Source of the DNA: Podarcis muralis
Lineage: Eukaryota
Direction of reading: 5' to 3'
DNA: 64,000 nt
Assembly (NCBI RefSeq): GCF_964188315.1
Contig: NC_135655.1
Location: 52,514,001 to 52,578,000, forward strand
The translations under genes were made by a program, and so were the position numbers. This document shows positions 37,451 through 50,387 of this stretch, one piece after another. The number at the start of each line of letters is the position of its first letter. Position 1 is the first letter of the stretch. The notes beneath the pieces are model-generated. The model did not search any database. It was not told the origin of the DNA and was given only the letters and a program-made list of their open reading frames with translations.

Positions 37451-38047
37451 ACATGCAGAACTATTGCATATATAAATACCCAAAGCATTTGCATATATAA
37501 AAACAATTTAACCCACCTCTCTCCCTACACACATACAGTTGGGTTCTCACAAATATGCTTTAACATTTCTGTCGCCAAATTAGCCAACTTCTCGCTGGTC
37601 ACTTTAATCAGCCAGGAAGAACAGGCAGCAGGCAAACAAGTGGTGATCTTTAACCCTCCAAAGAACCTGTCTACAGACTGCACTAGCTGAAAAGTACTCA
37701 TATGAATCTGACAAGATGGATCTATGATTTCACCCAAAACTGACTGCAGGTCAACTCAGAATAAGTGTGATCGATTTTGTCTGCAAAGTGTCTACTCGTT
37801 GCAGGCATTCTAGGTCTCTCCTACAACTCCTTCAGATGTAGAAGGTAAAAGGCCTCTCACTATTTGGAACAGCTCCCCTGGGCAGCATTTCACAGGTGCA
37901 ATTGTGGTAAAAGAGTACAACTTCTTATCTGCCCCAGAGTAAAACCTTAATGTGTGCTCTAGTCTAGTTGGATCTAATCATCCATGCAATTTCATCACTT
38001 TCAGTTCCACAGAAAACTATGGATTTGACTAAGTTCAAATAAGTTCA

Positions 38048-38542
38048 AATAACCTAGACAACATCTTAAAAAGCAGAGACATCACCTTGCCAACAAATGT
38101 CCGTATAGTTAAAGCTATGGTTTTCCCAGTAATGATGTATGGAAGTGAGAGCTGGACCATAAAGAAGGCTGATCGTCAAAGAATTGATGCTTTTGAATTA
38201 TGGTGCTGGAGGAGACTCTTGAGAGTCCCATGGACTGCAAGAAGATCAAACCTATCCATTCTTAAGGAAATCAGCCCTGAGTGCTCACTGGAAGGACAGA
38301 TCCTGAAGCTGAGACTCCAATACCTTGACCACCTCATGAGAAGAGAAGACTCCCTGGAAAAGACCCTGATGTTGGGACAAGGAGAAGGGGACGACAGAAG
38401 ACGAGATGGTTGGATAGTGTTCTCAAAGCTACCAGCATGAGTCTGACCAAACTGCGGGAGGTAGTGGAAGACAGGAGTGCCTGGCGTGCTCTGGTCCATG
38501 GGGTCACGAAGAGTCGGACACGACTAAACAACAGCAACAAAC
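38048..38542 (+). pseudogene. Bov-B (RTE) LINE 3' fragment with RT C-terminal remnant
   Basis: VRIVKAMVFPVMMYGSESWTIKKADRQRIDAFELWCWRRLLRVPWTARRSN is Bov-B ORF; 3' end GGGGTCACGAAGAGTCGGACACGACT(AAC)n. Confidence 0.96.
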
Positions 38543-41128
38543 AAGTTGGAGAAGCCTTCTTAGAAGCAATTATTTCACCACTCATTCAATTCTTCTATGC
38601 CAGAGGTTGGACAGGCTTCATAGAGAGTTGTGGGCTGCAGGAAATTTCACTAAAGCCACAAGGAACCCTTCTGGACCCACTAGTTTCTGAATACAGATTT
38701 TCCTCATACTATCTCTGCAGAGTTTTGGAATGCCAACAAGCCTCCAGCCTATCTGTCCCAAACTCTCCCATCAAGATGTCGTATCTTCCTGTCTACTACA
38801 AACGCCAAACTTTAAGCATATGAGATAGCCACATTAGTCTGCAAAGCAGCAAACAGCCTTGTAGGAGAGGCTCGTTGGAGATTAACTTCTTAGCTTCTAA
38901 GGTGCCATTAAATTCTTCCTTGTTCCACATACCCATCGAATATGGTTTGCTATCATGCAGGAGAGTCCTTGAAATGGCTTCTTAATGCACCATTTCCAGA
39001 AAGTGTCACTGTTGCTTGGTACAAACTTCCCAGTGGCATTCCTATTACATGAATGAAAGAGCGAGGGAGGAGAGGGAGATAATTGTTCCAATTATGCCAT
39101 AGATTCCTGCTAAGCTACTTGGTCTGTAGTCCGGTACTAACACGAGACAGTGGTCCATTGCTTTAATCTTATTCCTTCAAACCCCACCAGATTGATTTGC
39201 ACGGCAACAGACAGAATCCTGAGCCAGCCAAGAGTCACCTGGAAGCAATCTCTCTTAAACCCAGCTCCTTAAAAGCTATAGTCATTCACTTTGATAGTCC
39301 CAAATTGCATCTCTTAAGATTTTTTTTCCAGAAGACCAGCAAATGGTAAATTGACCCCTGCTAGCCTAACAAAAGGAGACGCGGTGCCTCTCAGGCTATC
39401 AAAATGATATTATTCAGTCGCAGAACTTCAGCTTAGAGCAGTCAGCTCCGAAAGGTGATCTGGAGAAGTATAACGAACTTCACACAAAATAAACGTGATG
39501 GGTTTTGCTGCGCTTTGCTTTTGCTCTCTTTGATGCTCAAGAAACAGCAATTTTGTTCAAAAAAAAAAAAAAGATCCCAGGAAACTGTAATTTTGTTCAA
39601 AAAAAGTTCCCAAATTTATGACTGGAGTAAATTAGGCATATCACAGAAATGCATATTTACTGAATTTGTGTTTTTAACTAAACACAGAAGAGTGCTTATA
39701 GATGCAAATATTAGTGTAAGAGGCACCCCCTATGATGCCTTCAGTGCAGCAGAGAAACCCCTACATGGTTCATGGCAGATAGGAAAGGGCAGAAGTAGCT
39801 GTGGGGTGGCATGGGGTGGGGGTGGAGTCACTACACTAGTTTCCTAGCAGGTTGGTCTCTGCTACTTCTTGGGAAGGACAGGAGAGGAGAGGAGCCAGGC
39901 AGCAGGGAGGTCAGTGTTGTGCAAATTGTGAGAGGTGACAATTGCAGCTGTTTTGAGCTCTATCCTAAAGATGAGCAGGCAACAGTAAGACTGACTGTTG
40001 TAGTCTCGGGTATGGTACATGTTTTGATTTAGGAGTAGTTGAATTCAAATCTCTGAAGTTTGCTCATGGTGCTATTAATAAGATTAAACTTATCAGAACT
40101 GATAGGCTTACTATGGTGTCAGTGGTCAGTACTGTTCAGCACTTGATGAGGCCCACAACCTGGCTAAGAGCCCAGAAAGACCAGAACTCCTGAAATTGCT
40201 TCTGGATAGGAGGGGCTCAGTCTGCTGTTTGACTACCTGCTTGAGTACCTCTCTTCACTACTATCACCAGTTCCCTCTTTGGTCCTTTCCCTCAGTGGGA
40301 CTCAACCACTCTTAGTGCTGATGGTTGCTGCTGCTGTTCCTGTTCCTCCTCATTGGTTCTAATGTGTATCATTCCTTTCTACCGTTGTTGAGATTTAGAC
40401 CATTGAGTCAAAAATGTTAAACTGTCATTCAAAAATGTTGTTTCAGTTAATTGCACACTGAAATGAAGAATGCCTGTATGTATATTTTTGAAGGGTTTAA
40501 CACTGGAAAATTCCATTGTGGTATACTAAAGCTAGAAGAGAGATTTCTTAGCTTCTAGCTGGGTTAACGATTAACTGTTGATGTTCTCTGCTCTTTCATG
40601 TGAGTGTTTAACCTTTGATCATATGAGTAAGGTATTCAGTTGCAAAACTCCATTTTGAAGGGTTTTTGTTCCTAAGCACAGTCAGAGAAGGATGTGCTAA
40701 TGAAGTCTCTTCATGAATGCAGGCTGGAATGCCAGCTAATGGAATCTTTGTGTGGAGAGAGAGGCCTTTGAATCTAGGCATGTTTGGAGTTCTATAATAT
40801 TCCTAAGAAAATGCTGAGCCTATGCTTTGACAAACACATGTCTTATGGAACTATTTGGATGCATCGTTGATCGTTTTTGTACCTGTTTTGAAGAAGTTCT
40901 GGTTAGTATAGCTTTGAATAATATTTATAGGTCTGGACAATTTCTATTCCAAAAGGAGTCAGTTTTTATGCATCCAATTGCTTCGAGCTGCACAATATTA
41001 ATATCTGCAATAGTGTCAACTCTAAAGCAAATCTTGTGCATTAAAACCAAGTAAATAGATGGATCACACAGTTTCCAGTACAAATTGCCATCACCTCAGA
41101 TCTGGTGAGAACCACAAAAACAATGATA

Positions 41129-41205
41129 GTGAGTTGAGTTGAGTTGAGTTGAGTTGAGTTGAGTTGAGTTGAGCTGCGCTGAGCTGAGCTGAACTGAGAG
41201 CTTAA
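41129..41205. repeat. (TTGAG)n pentanucleotide array grading into (CTGAG)n
   Basis: Direct reading. Confidence 0.92.
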
Positions 41206-41309
41206 GCTCAGAGATCGAAAACAGTGATGAGAGATGAAATGTACATCTGAAGACTGGTAGTGAAAAGTGCTCACAAGCTCTCACTTGTGAAGCATGACAC
41301 TTGTGTGTG

Positions 41310-41313
<4 letters not shown>

Positions 41314-41355
<42 letters not shown>
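41314..41355. repeat. (GA)n microsatellite
   Basis: Direct reading. Confidence 0.95.
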
Positions 41356-41358
<3 letters not shown>

Positions 41359-42287
41359 TTTGATGAAGCTCACTCTTTTGCTCACTTTTAACAAACTTCA
41401 GCACCCTGCCTACTCTCCACATTTGAAAATCTCAAGGCTAGCCAATTTCCTTTAGCCAATAAATTTTTAAGGAGAGCATTTACCAAGGCATGTTAGTAAA
41501 TATTCACACCAAAACTCAGGATAACATTATTTCTGACATTTACCCCTACATTTCAAGAATCACCAAATCTCTCCAACAAATAATCCAGCATTCATTTACA
41601 TTCTACTCTGTGTTTACTTGGAAACTGAAATACTAGTTCATCTTCTTAACGATTTGTGAGCTTCCTGTAATTTTAGAATACTGCTTGTCCCCAAAGAGTG
41701 GCACTTATACATTAAATTGGGCAAGATGTGTTGCTGATTCCCTGGCAGGGGGTGGGGTGGGGGTGAGAACATACCTCCCCACTGCTAAAGTATTTTCTAG
41801 GAAGTAACTTCAATGGAACTTTCTTCTAAGTATGCCTGTGGAGTATTGCAGCTGAAGTTATTGTACACTACTGTGATGTAAATCACAGACATTTTGACAA
41901 GCTCGATCACCCACTAAATGGATCAGGTAATTGTCCTGGGGCTAGAGTGTGGAGGAATGGGCACCAGCATTTTTCTGTGTGCACCAGATTTAACAAAATG
42001 ACCTGATAGAGCTGAAGAAAGACTATCCAAGGGCATAAGAAAGAAAGCAGGGAGGGGGCAGATGTACTGGAGTAGCTGTGTTTCAGAGAAAAAACTAGGA
42101 GGGCACTGATCCAGGAATTAATGGTTACATCTCTCCCCAGATTTCAAATTTGCTGATTTCTTTGCCATTCTTATGGCCCTTAGTCATTTCCTGTACAACA
42201 CAGAATAAAGTAGCACAATATAATTGTTATACACAAATTGGAGAAGGTCCCAAGCTGCATATTTCTGTTGCATATTCAAACGCCAAA

Positions 42288-42645
42288 GGGACGCGGGTGG
42301 CGCTGTGGGTAAAACCACAGTGCCTAGGACTTGCCGATCGTATGGTTGGCGGTTCAAATCCCTGCGGCAGGGTGAGCTCCCGTCTTTCGGTCCCAGCTCC
42401 TACCCACCTAGCAGTTCAAAAGCACCCTTAAAGTGCAAGTAGATAAATAGGTACTGCTTTATAGCGGGAAGGTAAACGGCGTTCCGTGTGCTGCTCTGGC
42501 TCGCCAGATGCAGCTTGTCACACTGGCCACGTGACCCGGAAGTGTCTGCGGACAGCGCTGGCTCCCAGCCTATAGAGTGAGATGGGCGCAGAACCCCAGA
42601 GTCTGTCAAGACTGGCCCGTATGGGCAGGGGTACCTTTACCTTTT
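42288..42645 (+). mobile_element. Sauria SINE, full length
   Basis: GGGACGCGGGTGGCGCTGTGG head through GGGGTACCTTTACCTTT tail. Confidence 0.95.
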
Positions 42646-43290
42646 TTATCCAAATGCCGCATGATTCAGATTCATGTTTGGCTAAGGTCAGTTCCTCTTA
42701 CAGAGACACTTGATTTCTTCAACTGGATTTGAGCAAAGGAAATGTGCCTTGTTATTTGTTACACCCCCAAGCCAAAACCCAGTCCCAGTGAATCCCCCCG
42801 CTCTCTTTGTTCCCGGTTGTTGTAAATTTCACAAGCTCCATTTTGTCATTATGACCGCTAATTACATCACTGCAGTGCAAAGAGCACAAGTTCTGTGTTG
42901 CTGTTATATCTAATTGCTGCAATAAAATTTAGTACTGTTATTGTGGTTTTTTGTGCATAACTTGTCCATAGGCACGTTTTGGTAATTAAATCAATATAAG
43001 CTCTAAAATACTAAAGCAGAATTTAATTCAAGGAGCATGATCAACATCCTTTATCAAACAATTATTTCATTAGCATAGAGAACCAAAATGATATCCCCTT
43101 ATCTAAGGGTTAGGATAGTACTTGATGGATAGCTGTAAAATAACTGTGAATTTTGGTGTCTTCTATCATGGCTGGATTGTATTTATGTGAGATACCGTAA
43201 GTCCTGTGATTAATGATCTGACCAGGAATTGTGGGGGAGTTGGGTTCATTTGTACTGCAGCAGTGATCAGCAGATGGTATCCTTTCAAAG

Positions 43291-43455
43291 GGGAAGCACC
43301 ATAACTTAGTGGTAAATAATCTGCTTTCCAGACAGAAGGTCTCAGGTTCAACCCCTTGCATCTCCAGGTACACCTAGGACAGACTCCTGTCTGAAGATCT
43401 GCCAAATACTGAGCTAGAGGGACCAATGGTCAGATTCAGGAAGAGGAAATGTACT
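43291..43455 (+). mobile_element. Degenerate Squam2-like SINE
   Basis: ACCATAACTTAGTGGTA..GGTTCAACCCC..CATCTCCAGGTA..ACTGAGCTAGAGGGACCAATGGTC. Confidence 0.75.
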
Positions 43456-43499
43456 ACACTGCTGATGAAAAAGCTACCATCAGAAAAAGCACCCCTCTG

Positions 43500-43820
43500 A
43501 TGAGAAATCAAGATAACAAACTTTTTTTTAATAAAAGAATGGAAATGGTTTATTGAATATTTAACAGATAAACTGTAAACAGATAAGAACATTGGCAGGA
43601 TTATCATAATAACCTGCAGTTTCATAAGAGTATATATTTAAGTAGATGAATAAATGAACCAATTAAGTTAATTTGGATATGCAGAAGATATTGAAAATAA
43701 ATTAAAGGAACTACAGAAAGAGGGGGAGGGAAGTTTTGAAATGTTAAAATGACTGTAAAATTATTGAAATGTATAAACCTGAACATCATAAATACAATTT
43801 TAAAACAAGAAAAAGAAAAG
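43500..43820 (+). mobile_element. L1-type LINE extreme 3' end/UTR
   Basis: Remnant ..KEWKWFIEYL reading, A-rich UTR and A-rich tail. Confidence 0.6.
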
Positions 43821-44316
43821 GCCTCCCTCTGCCCTTTGCTGGTTGGATAGCTAATACCATGGGAGATTTATGGCCATATTTCTTGCAGGTGTGAGATCTT
43901 TCCTAGATAGGTTTAATCCATTACCCCTAGCTTTTCTGAATGCTGATCACACAGGACTATCAAATGCCTCTACATGAAACATGAGGCCTCTGCACTGTGC
44001 TGTAAATTGGGTTCTACCAGCAGGTCCTCGGCGTCTGGTAAGCAATGTGAGGTAGAGAAGCTGTGGGTGGGGGCCCGACTTTCAGAATAAACCACTGCAG
44101 TATAATCAGTAGCGTTTGGATCTGAAATCACAATATTTTTGCCTTGTGCGACTGGCCCTGGGCTAGTGGTCCAGGAAATAGTCCAGTTAACTCAAACCAC
44201 GCCAATCATAGTGGAAGGGGTTCGCCCATCTTCAAAAGCGACAGGCCTCAGGAGAGAGTCTGGCACTCACTTGGCTACGTGTGAAGCAACAGAGGAGACT
44301 GAGCCCCAAGTGAGTA

Positions 44317-44542
44317 CAGTGGTGCTTCAGGTTACAGACGCTTTAGGTTACAGACTCCGCTAACCCAGAAATATTACCTCGGGTTAAGAACTTTGCTTCA
44401 GGATGAGAACAGAAATCGTGCTCCGGCGGCGCGGCAGCAGCGGAAGGCCCCATTAGCTAAAGTGGTACCTCAGGTTAAGAACAGTTTCAGGTTAAGAATG
44501 AACCTCCGGAACAAATTAAGTTCTTAACCAGAGGTATCACTG
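44317..44542. mobile_element. Tigger/pogo-type MITE (inverse of 6965)
   Basis: TA|CAGTGGTGCTTCAGGTTA..TAACCAGAGGTATCACTG|TA. Confidence 0.9.
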
Positions 44543-45699
44543 TATCTGTGAGGTGTCTGTGTGTTTCTTCTATCGGCAAATGTGAGACGCTTGCAACATT
44601 GTATCTTTTAACATTTCCTTAAAAAGCTAATTGAGTTGATTTCCTCTGTCTAGCTTGGGGGTGATTACTTAGTTAATCTACAATGTGTACTGCTCCGGAA
44701 TCTTTAAAAAAGGAAACAAACAAAAAGTCCTAGCAATGATAAAGGCTGCTATACACACTGCCCTCCTTTTATACCAGATGGAATAAGTTCCAAGTATTGA
44801 AATCTGTATGTGCATTATTTCTTAGAAGCGGCTTGGTATCAGATAAATGAACAAAGAATTGCTATAAACTCAACAAATCAGTGACATCTGGTGCATTCCC
44901 AAAAGCTCCAGAAACCTATTCCTCCATTTGACTTTTTAAAAAACAAACAAACAACAACTACTACTTGTTTATTACTTTAATATATGTCAGTTCAAACCTC
45001 CACTCTTCCCCTAAGCTCCACACTCAGTTTGCCTTCCCAAATAGCTTTGTCTACCCAGGCTGTGCCTGTCCCACACTGTAGCTCCTTCTGCCTTTGGTAT
45101 CTGTGAGGAAGATTTGTAAATAAGCATAAATTAAAACATGTAACAAGGAATGCGTATCACTCTGTTATTTGCATGCTTGATTCATGCTCAGAGAGTTGCC
45201 AAAAGTATCAGTGTGGAAAAAATGCTTAATTGGGTATGAATGAAACCTCAGAAAAAAGGAAATGCACCAATCCATAGTTTGCTTACAAACCTTTAATCAG
45301 CACTTGATCCCTGCTCTAGCTCAGGGAATAGCGTACAACCCCTAATAATGGACCAAGAGAGCTGAGGAAAGTCTCTGCAAGGGTTAACAACCAGCTACCT
45401 TCAGCATCCCATGGATAAGTCAGTTCTTCAGTCTATTCCCTATAAGTGTCCTTCTAATGTAGATCATGTTTGGCCTCAAAGCTGATCATGGCTATTGTTG
45501 TTTTCAGAAGTTACCCTCAGTCAGTACAGAGGGACTTCCTCCCCACTGTCTTAAACCCAACTGATTCCCAGCATTCGTGTGATGAGAGTGAAACATGTGG
45601 TCTGTACTAGCAGTCACTTCTCAGGAAAGAGATATTGGGATTATGGTGGGTAGCTCAATGAAAATGTTGGCCCAGAGTGGGGCAGCTGTGGGGAAAAGG

Positions 45700-45837
45700 T
45701 GAATTTCATGTTAGAGATCATGAGAAAAGGAACTAAAAATAAAATTGTAAATATCATAATGCTGCTGTGTGAATATATGATGGGCCCACACTTGGAATAC
45801 TGTGCACAGTTCTGATCTCAACAAGGATACTGTGTCC
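45700..45837 (+). mobile_element. CR1 fragment abutting the gap
   Basis: CCACACTTGGAATACTGTGCACAGTTCTG (PHLEYCAQF). Confidence 0.65.
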
Positions 45838-45981
45838 NNNNNNNNNNNNNNNNNNNNNNNNNNNNNNNNNNNNNNNNNNNNNNNNNNNNNNNNNNNNNNN
45901 NNNNNNNNNNNNNNNNNNNNNNNNNNNNNNNNNNNNNNNNNNNNNNNNNNNNNNNNNNNNNNNNNNNNNNNNNNNNNNNNN
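45838..45981. other. Assembly gap (144 N)
   Basis: Run of N. Confidence 1.
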
Positions 45982-46195
45982 TATAAATATTTTTTATTAA
46001 ATTTTATGTTTTACAATTTAGAATACTCATTTAAACATCCTTCAAATATCAATGACTTTCCTTCTTCTCTTTCCAATCTTCTCTAAACGTATGTTCTTCT
46101 TGTTCTCTTATTCTATATGTTAAGTCTGCAAGCTGTGCATATTCCATCAGCTTAAGTTGCCATTCTTCTTTAGTTGGGACCTTTCTCGTTTTCCA
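45982..46195 (-). mobile_element. L1-type LINE 3' fragment
   Basis: Minus strand translates WKTRKVPTKEEWQLKLMEYAQLADLTYRIREQEEHTFREDWK, typical of an L1 ORF2 C-terminus, followed by an A-rich tail. Confidence 0.75.
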
Positions 46196-47060
46196 GATAC
46201 TGCATCCAGTTTTGGGTACCACAACTTAAGAAGAATATTGACTTGACAAGCTGGAATGTGTGCAGAGGAGGGCAACCAAGATGATCAAGGGTCTGGAAAA
46301 CAAGCCCTATGAGGAACGGTTGAGAGAATTGCATATGTTTAGCTTGGATAAGAGGAGATATGAGAGCAATCTTCAATTATCTAAAGGGTTATCACATGGA
46401 AGATGGAGCAAGCTTGTTTTCTCCCACTCTGAAGGGTAGGACCTGAACCAAAGACTTCAAGTTACAAGAAAGGAGATTCCGACTGAACACCAGGAAGAAC
46501 AGCAAGAACTGTTCAATGGTGGAACAGACTCACAGGAGAAGTGGTGGCTTCTCCTTCCTTGGGGTTTTTAAGCAGAGGTTGGATGGCCATCTGTCATGGA
46601 TGATCTAGTTAAGATTCCTGCATTGCAAAGGCTTGGATTAGATGATCCTTGGGTCCCTTCCATGATTCCGCGATTGCATAATAGTACAGAAAAGAGCAAC
46701 CAAAATGATCAAGGGCTGGAGCAACTCCCCTATGATGAAAAATTACATTTGGGACTTTTTAGTTTAGGGGGGAATGGCAAGTAACAGGGCGGGGGAGACA
46801 TCATAGAGGTGTATAAAATTAAGCATGGCACAGAATGGCTAGAGCAAAGTTCTTCCTTGTCCCTCATAATACTGGAATGTGGCCATCCAATGAAACTGAA
46901 TATTGGAAGATTCAGGACAGATAAAAGGAAGTCCTTATGTACACAGCACATAGCTGAACTATGGGAATTTGCTAATGCAGGATGTAATGATGGGCACCAA
47001 CTTGGATGGCTTTAAAAGGAGAGATTGGACAAATTCATTAGGGATAAGGCTATGAATAGT
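46196..47060 (+). mobile_element. Two consecutive decayed CR1 3' fragments (46196-46670 and 46685-47060)
   Basis: GTGCAGAGGAGGGCAACCAAGATGATCAAGGG and GTACAGAAAAGAGCAACCAAAATGATCAAGGG (QRRATKMI motif). Confidence 0.88.
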
Positions 47061-47299
47061 ACTCAGATCCCAAAACATCATTTTTGGGGCCCAGTGCAAC
47101 CCAGTACACAGACCAACTCCCACACACACACTGTGATTCCTAATGAATACACGTAGTCTCATGAGCCATGAAATAAAAGTTTCTATTTTAATTCTGTACA
47201 TCTTCTACATTTCTGAGCTTAGACCATTGCCTACACAGGGGCTTTGTACCATACTCCGAAACACCTCCCTTTTCGCTATTTTTGCTTAACATAACATCC

Positions 47300-47375
47300 A
47301 GCCAGAATAAGAGGTTCACAAAGCTTGCTGGCAATTCTGTAACTTGTTTTGGTCCTAATTAAGGTATTATTCTGT
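47300..47375 (+). mobile_element. Highly degenerate Penelope-like end
   Basis: AAAGCTTG..TTTTGGTCCTAATTAAGGTATTA. Confidence 0.35.
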
Positions 47376-48997
47376 TGATGTTTTATTCTAGTGTTCCAAT
47401 GCAGCTGCAAACATTTTGTAAATAAACCGATTCACTTTGAAGCTTTCTTTTTTCTCTCTCCCTTTTCATTGCAAAATCATAAATTATTTCCCAATAGTAA
47501 ATTTCTCATGCACAGTCACACTGGATGGACAAAGGTGGCTTAGCTGTTCTTAATACCATAGACTGCAGTTTTTGATGAGTGCTAATTTGCCGAAACTGCT
47601 TTCAGCTTCTAACAGAGTCACCAGTAGTATGCAAAAAAAACCCATGGGGTTATGCATACTTTCACTGAAAATTAGTTGCAGTTGGTAGGCTTTAAGTTGT
47701 TGTTTTTGTTGTTGCTTGTGTAAATCTCATTTTGTAAGGTCAGTGGGGATAGTTCACATTCATTTCCAAAGGAGACTTAAAGGTTGTTTTTTTTACTGAT
47801 CTGATACTTTCACAAGGAAACTTCTCTGTGAATTAGATATGTAGGAGTCTTGCCCAGTTTCTCGGGCTCTAGTATCATATTTTCATACTGAGCAGGATGT
47901 AAAATAAATGTGATTGGTTGCTTTGATCTACAATTCCACCTCATTTTTCCTCTCATAGCAAAGGGGTGGCAGCCAGGTGCCCTCCCCCTCCCCAGTCTGC
48001 AGACCCAACTAATGCATATCCTCATGCACACCAAGCTTGCAGGCAACTGATTGGCCACTATGGTTAACAGGATGATGGTCCAATACATCTTATGAATGGG
48101 AAGCCCACATGGATAGGCCCTTCTTTTGAGAGGTCATGACTCACAGTCAGTGTGTGAACAGGGTGGGGCCCAGGGATGCGTGACATCAAGGGTGCAGCCA
48201 GGAGGTGCAGTTCTGCACTTATGTATGAAGGGCACCTTGTGAAAAGAGCTCACATTATTCCTACAAGGGAGGGAAAAACTGAAGCTGAAACAAAGTGCCA
48301 CCTAAGCAAGATTGAGGCTGGGAACCAGACCTCTGGACTATGTTGCATTACCTGCCGTTCCATCCTTTCTTTTAACCCTCACCAAAGTAAAGAGCGAATT
48401 GAGACAAATCCAAGGGAGAGAATTCGATTGGACCCTGTGCTGCTGCCAGACTCACATGGATGCATGTTTTCCAATGGCAACAGGGCAAATGTAAGTCAGA
48501 TGTGGGCCCCCAGCCTTTTCAAGGTGACACAAACGAGTTAATTTTCATTGTATCCTGGGGCTAATTGGAAACAGCCCACATCCCTTGTAAAACATTAAGT
48601 CGGAGGGCAAGTGATAATTGTTCACCTGCTGCATGGAGCTGTAAGAGCCTGCACTAACTAGCAGAAGAGAGGAGGGGGTGTCATATCCCTGATCCTATCG
48701 CAGCTGGACTTTCTGTGCCTGCCGCTTTCTCAGAACATTACACTGCCGAGCATCAACAACAATTCATCAAGGGGAAGTGATTGAACTTCACTTGGATTCT
48801 AGAACTAGTCTTCCCTCCCTAGGAAGAAGCAGGAAAGAACGATGAAGGTCGCTTTGTGTTTATTTTAATCTTAAGTCTTTGTGGGATGTATAGAGAGCAC
48901 CCCTATTAAAAATAATGAAATGCCTCCTAAGGTGGGCCAGGTCTCCTGCTTTACAGAGGACATTCCTCTATTTGAATGGCTTTATTTGAAGGTGTCC

Positions 48998-49685
48998 CGC
49001 TAACAAAATGAATTCCAATAGGAACAAATGTAAGGTTCTGCACTTAGACAGGAAGAACTAGATGCACAGATATAGGATGGGGACACCTGGCTTACTAGCA
49101 GTACATGTGAAAAGGATCTAGGGGTCTTGATGGACCACAAGCTTAACACGAGTCAACAGTGTGATGCAGCAGCAAAAAAAGCTAATGCTATTCTAGGCTG
49201 CATCAAGAGAAGTACAGTGTCCAGATGAAGGGAAGTAATAGTACCACTCTAGTCAGTCACTCTTAGCCAGGCCATACTTGGAATACTTGGAATACTGTGT
49301 CCAGTTCTGGGCACCACAATTGAAGAATGATGTTGACAAGCTGGAACGTGTGCAGAGGAGGGCAACCAAGATGATCAAGGGTCTGAAAACGAAGCCTGAT
49401 GAGGAGTGCTTGAAGGAGCTGGGTATGTTTAGACTTTTCCTGCTCTCTCTGCATTCCTTGATATCTCTGGAGGGTGGGGGCAACCCCAAGAGGTTGTGAT
49501 TCCTGCCATAAGGTAGGATGAAACATCAGTTGCAGCAACAAAATTGATAGCACATTTGCAAAGCTAAGCAGGGTCTGACATGGTTTCAAATTGGATGGGG
49601 GACCACGTGTTGAGTTTCCTGCATTGTAGAGGGTTGGACTAGATAACCCTTGGTGTCCCTTCCAACTCTACAATTCTATGATTCA
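48998..49685 (+). mobile_element. Decayed CR1 with internal deletion
   Basis: AAATGTAAGGTTCTGCACTTAG (KCKVLHL); ORF 49278 [27 protein letters not shown]; TTCTATGATTC tail. Confidence 0.92.
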
Positions 49686-50387
49686 AAGTAAGCTTCTTCC
49701 CTCTGATGAGACAAAACAGAACTACTGATTTCCTGTAGCATTAAGAAAATGGCAGCTGCTGTCAGGGCGGCCACATTAGAGTGGCTGAGCTGGTGAGGGG
49801 ATCACAAACGGAACCTGACAGAACAACTGAAGCAAAGCAGCCCTTGACACTGGAGAACTCATTGGGGAGATTCTGGTGCAATCAGGGAAGTTCATCCATT
49901 GCAGGCGGCACACTGTTAAATAGTCACATTCCATCCCTGAGGCAAGCGCATTCTGTCCACATCTTCCCCTCCTCCAAATTCTTCGTTAAACCTTCGTTGT
50001 TTCCAATCTACCTGATGCTGTAATCCTCAGCTATTGCTGGTATTCACTGGTATTCTGCCAAGGCCAAAAACGTTGCCAGCATTCAACAAGATGTCTGCCA
50101 GGGAGCTGCAGCTCATCTGAAGGGAAATAATATAGAAAAAAATACATCTAGTGGGTTGTTTCTATAATTACAGCAGAGCACGGGTAGGGGGTAGACTTTT
50201 TCTTTTCTTTTGTAATTACAGCAGAATGTCACTCAGCTGCAAATCCATGCAGGGGTACAAAGGGAGAATTGTTACCTCTGCCTCTCACCTCCCGTTTTAT
50301 ACAACATACGTATTAACAGCAGAAATCCCTTTGCTTAAAATACAATGAAGTAACATCAAGGGGTGGGGGGGTTCCAGCTACCCCAGT

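Noticed and set aside
41222-41250. C/D box snoRNA (GTGATGA..CTGA)
   Set aside because: The boxes are only ~15 nt apart, there is no terminal stem, and the site lies between microsatellites.
45838-45981. Apparent L1 insertion into CR1 with a GATACTG duplication
   Set aside because: The left junction is hidden in the assembly gap, so the structure cannot be established.
49940-50060. Minus-strand exon after a strong acceptor (ttcccttcag|ATGAGC, near 50117)
   Set aside because: All three frames hit stops before a plausible donor. It could only be non-coding, and there is no further support.
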